From contig NIVC01003224.1 of assembly GCA_002269645.1 (NCBI GenBank), forward strand, positions 1 through 64,000: a stretch of DNA of 64,000 bases, in the 5' to 3' direction. Every line of letters begins with the position of its first letter. Position 1 is the stretch's first letter. Of the stretch, positions 60,001-64,000 are shown piece by piece. A program made the position numbers and the translations under genes. Below the pieces are notes generated by a model, which was not told where the DNA came from, searched no databases, and saw nothing but the letters and a program-made list of their open reading frames with translations. Origin of the DNA: Macrostomum lignano (taxonomy: Eukaryota).

Positions 60001-60221
60001 TCGTTATTTTCCTACCGTCAGGCAACACCGAATCTGTCTCTATCGATCGCCTCAAGCCGGCGCGACTTTCGCTTCCGAAGTCGGCTGTTCAGCCGGCCGC
60101 GAACTCGCTGCCGGAAAAAGCCGCCAAACCAGAGGAACCGATGGACTCATCACCTCCTAGAGCGACCTCTAGCGGCCGCCGAGTCCAATTCCGACGCCAT
60201 AATGATTACATTTATTATTAA
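57009..60221 (+). CDS. pol: Pol (PR-RT-RNaseH-IN) in the -1 frame relative to gag
   Basis: LVDTGAS, YIDD, TDAS, integrase HHCC and DDE (IDIVG..TDRG..NGKVER), GPY motif YSGPY. Confidence 0.96.
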   Translation, partial: GKLSRTATEVAVRSAEIPSTTCLELDVKINNTYSKFLVDTGASVSIVPPHLVNALVQDTNVRLITATGAAIPVRGSVLLDVSIRGLRRAFQWTFLVASVVKPIIGYDFLAHHGLVVDCQRKHVRDSETGLSTVTLSISNVHCGPFTVSVELPPNLDSRTSTLLTKFADCFSFVEGGALPPASEVKHDTVHRLDTGSGQPIHLRPRQLHPAKLQAAKQEFQQLIDAGYLRPSSSAWASPLHMAPKGAGWRPCGDYRELNKRTKPDNYPVPHIQTFTRYLHGSTVFSKLDLVRAFHQIPVAEEDICKTAITTPFGLFEYTRMPFGLRNAAQTFQRFIDSVFHGLSFVISYIDDVLIFSKTREDHYSHLEQVLDRLRTHGLQVHLKKCEFFQSEVDFLGHRVTPEGIKPLQKKIQIITDWPTPTDSNALRRFLGVVGFYRRFVPNFADCICPLQDLLTASLQSAGNFQWTEQHQKSFENIKLALSERLLLHHPDPNCTAYHLYTDASADCVGAVLHQTSSTGTSPLGMFSKKLSSSQRMYSTFDRELLAAYLAVLHFRSLIEGLSVTLFTDHKPLAQAFHANRTTTSDRNQRYLTVLSEYVADVQYIRGADNVIADALSRLPDFPVNDHVSNIATVAVVAAPSSQFPVDLPSIAEAQRPESFSAAPNIRSYSLDKDVVVWCETSTPYPRPIIPPSLRDAVIASFHRLGHFGYRKTAKLITERYFWPGMRKSIKTYCWNCQDCQQSKVTRHTVSPQQAFALPSNRFEAVHIDIVGPLPPANATTFGHQSARYLLTMVDRSTGWLEATPLESITAEVVAHAFVSSWVSRYGVPLYVITDRGRQFESEFFHSVSSSIGFHRLRTTAYHPQTNGKVERAHRTLKTMLRARGNDWLTDLPVALLAMHVAPDDQGISPFTRVTGELPMVPRILTSEPLAPTDIRTRLQELLTELPSPHAKTHEPRSYVPKDLEMAEFVWVRVDRVRSPLEAPYSGPYRVKQRTDKFFVIFLPSGNTESVSIDRLKPARLSLPKSAVQPAANSLPEKAAKPEEPMDSSPPRATSSGRRVQFRRHNDYIYY

Positions 60222-61042
60222 CCTTGTAATGTATAACGTCTACTGACTGCTGTTCCAATGTTCTCAATATTTCTCAATGTTCAACCCCTCATATATAATT
60301 TAGCTCGTATTTCAACTGTATAACCGCTTCGTTTCAATAATTTAAGCCATGCCACCATTTTATAATTTAGTTACAGTCTCTTTTCCCCGTGCTCCGCAAT
60401 TGGAGGGGGGAGTCGTATGGGTATTTTGTTGTACTTTTTATTTGCAACTCAGTTTGTCATAAATTACCATAGACTAATTTCCTTTTACAGTTCTTTCTCG
60501 CAGTTTAGTTTCTCGCCCCAAGCCCTCTCGTCTTTAACTCATAAAATATATATGCAATTCAAATCTAAGTTAAGTTGTAGTTTCACTACAATATAAAAAG
60601 ACGTTATTTTGAATTTGTTATAATGCAGCTGTTGATTTGTATTTGCTAGAAAAAGCTACGAAAGAATTTTGTATATTTAAATAGTTGTAAACGAAAGATA
60701 AAAAGGTACATGCTAATTACCACAGTAAAAAGTTTTCGACTTCAGTAGAATAATGTTTACGAGAGAGTGGGGCTACGGGACGGTAATTAAGAACAGTGGC
60801 TGAAGAAAACAAAAGAATAAAATAAAATATTAAACACACGACGAAGTTCGAAGAGAGAGAGCTACACTACACCTGCATGCACATGTATTTGCAGTAAGAG
60901 TTTATTTAAGAGCGTAAAAAATAGCAAAACTTTTCTGCGTGCTAAGCTAGGATCAAATAATTACGTCATGCATTAGGTCGCCAAGTAGTGCGTTTTAACT
61001 GACCCTATTTAACTGCATCGGGGGCAGCTTTGCACAGCAGAT

Positions 61043-63452
<2,410 letters not shown>

Positions 63453-64000
63453 TATGGTTTTTAGTATTCTACTGCTGGATTTGAGTCTCTCTGAGTCTAC
63501 CAGGCTGCTCCTCGGATTTCCGCAAACTAGAGCTTTATATGTGTGAATAGTGTGGGGCTTGCCAGGATGAACAAATATTCCTTTACTTTCTGCTGCTTTT
63601 TCTTCCTGAGCAGAGCTGTTGCCATGGGAGCAATGTAAGATCAACACAGGGTTCCATTTTCTTGCAATTGTTTGCTTATAGCAAACTGAGCGGCGACCCA
63701 CGGGGAGATTCGCTGCATTGGATGAAGCTCTGTGCTCATAGCAACATGGTAAGCAGAGTTAAAAGTGCTTCTCACTTTACTGGAAGCGAGGCAGGGCTTT
63801 GCGAAAACAGTCAGCTTCCCATAAAGTAAAGAGAAAATGTTCTAATTCAAACTAGAATTTAGTCCATAGGCTGGTGCTACCAATTCTACATCTACTTCAT
63901 TTCATAGAGCTACATTGTCAGAGTAGACGTTTCTTGTGACGCCATTATAAGGAATTTTAAGGACAGGTAAGCCAAGATCTTGGAGCCAAAAAGTCGGCCT

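Larger units (their letters stand above)
55861..60590 (+). mobile_element. Intact Ty3/Gypsy LTR retrotransposon, CsRn1-like clade, 4730 bp
   Basis: 175-bp LTRs (55861-56035, 60416-60590) that read as identical; PBS TGGTCCGGTGGGCGG just after the 5' LTR; PPT GGAGGGGGGAG; 4-bp TSD ATAT; gag and pol ORFs intact. Confidence 0.97.

Overview
Animal genomic DNA with GT-AG introns. It has GC-rich poly-Q exons, tRNA/CORE-type SINEs and a minisatellite in nearly every intron, which resembles a free-living flatworm such as Macrostomum (inference, not verified). Genes reconstructed by hand: a 5'-truncated IMPDH (+, 1-4209, several homopolymer indels), a two-finger C2H2 protein (+), a large unknown coiled-coil/poly-Q gene (-), an intronless DEG/ENaC channel (+), an intronless orphan ORF (+), MRG15/MORF4L1 (-, 6 exons, 370 aa) and a small Ly6/uPAR-type GPI-anchored protein (-). 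Mobile DNA: an intact Ty3/Gypsy element (CsRn1-like CHCC gag, identical 175-bp LTRs, -1 frameshift signal), a 5.5-kb CMC/EnSpm-like transposon in MRG15 intron 1, several hAT-type MITEs with 8-bp TSDs, a hAT transposase remnant, a Harbinger-like MITE and six SINE copies. The most unusual observation is a hAT-type MITE, present twice with its own TSDs, that carries a fragment of 28S rRNA (helix 69-71) centred on the R2/I-PpoI target site. Second is a telomere-repeat-containing duplicated module that appears to seed two different minisatellites. No CRISPR arrays or complete rRNA/tRNA genes were found.
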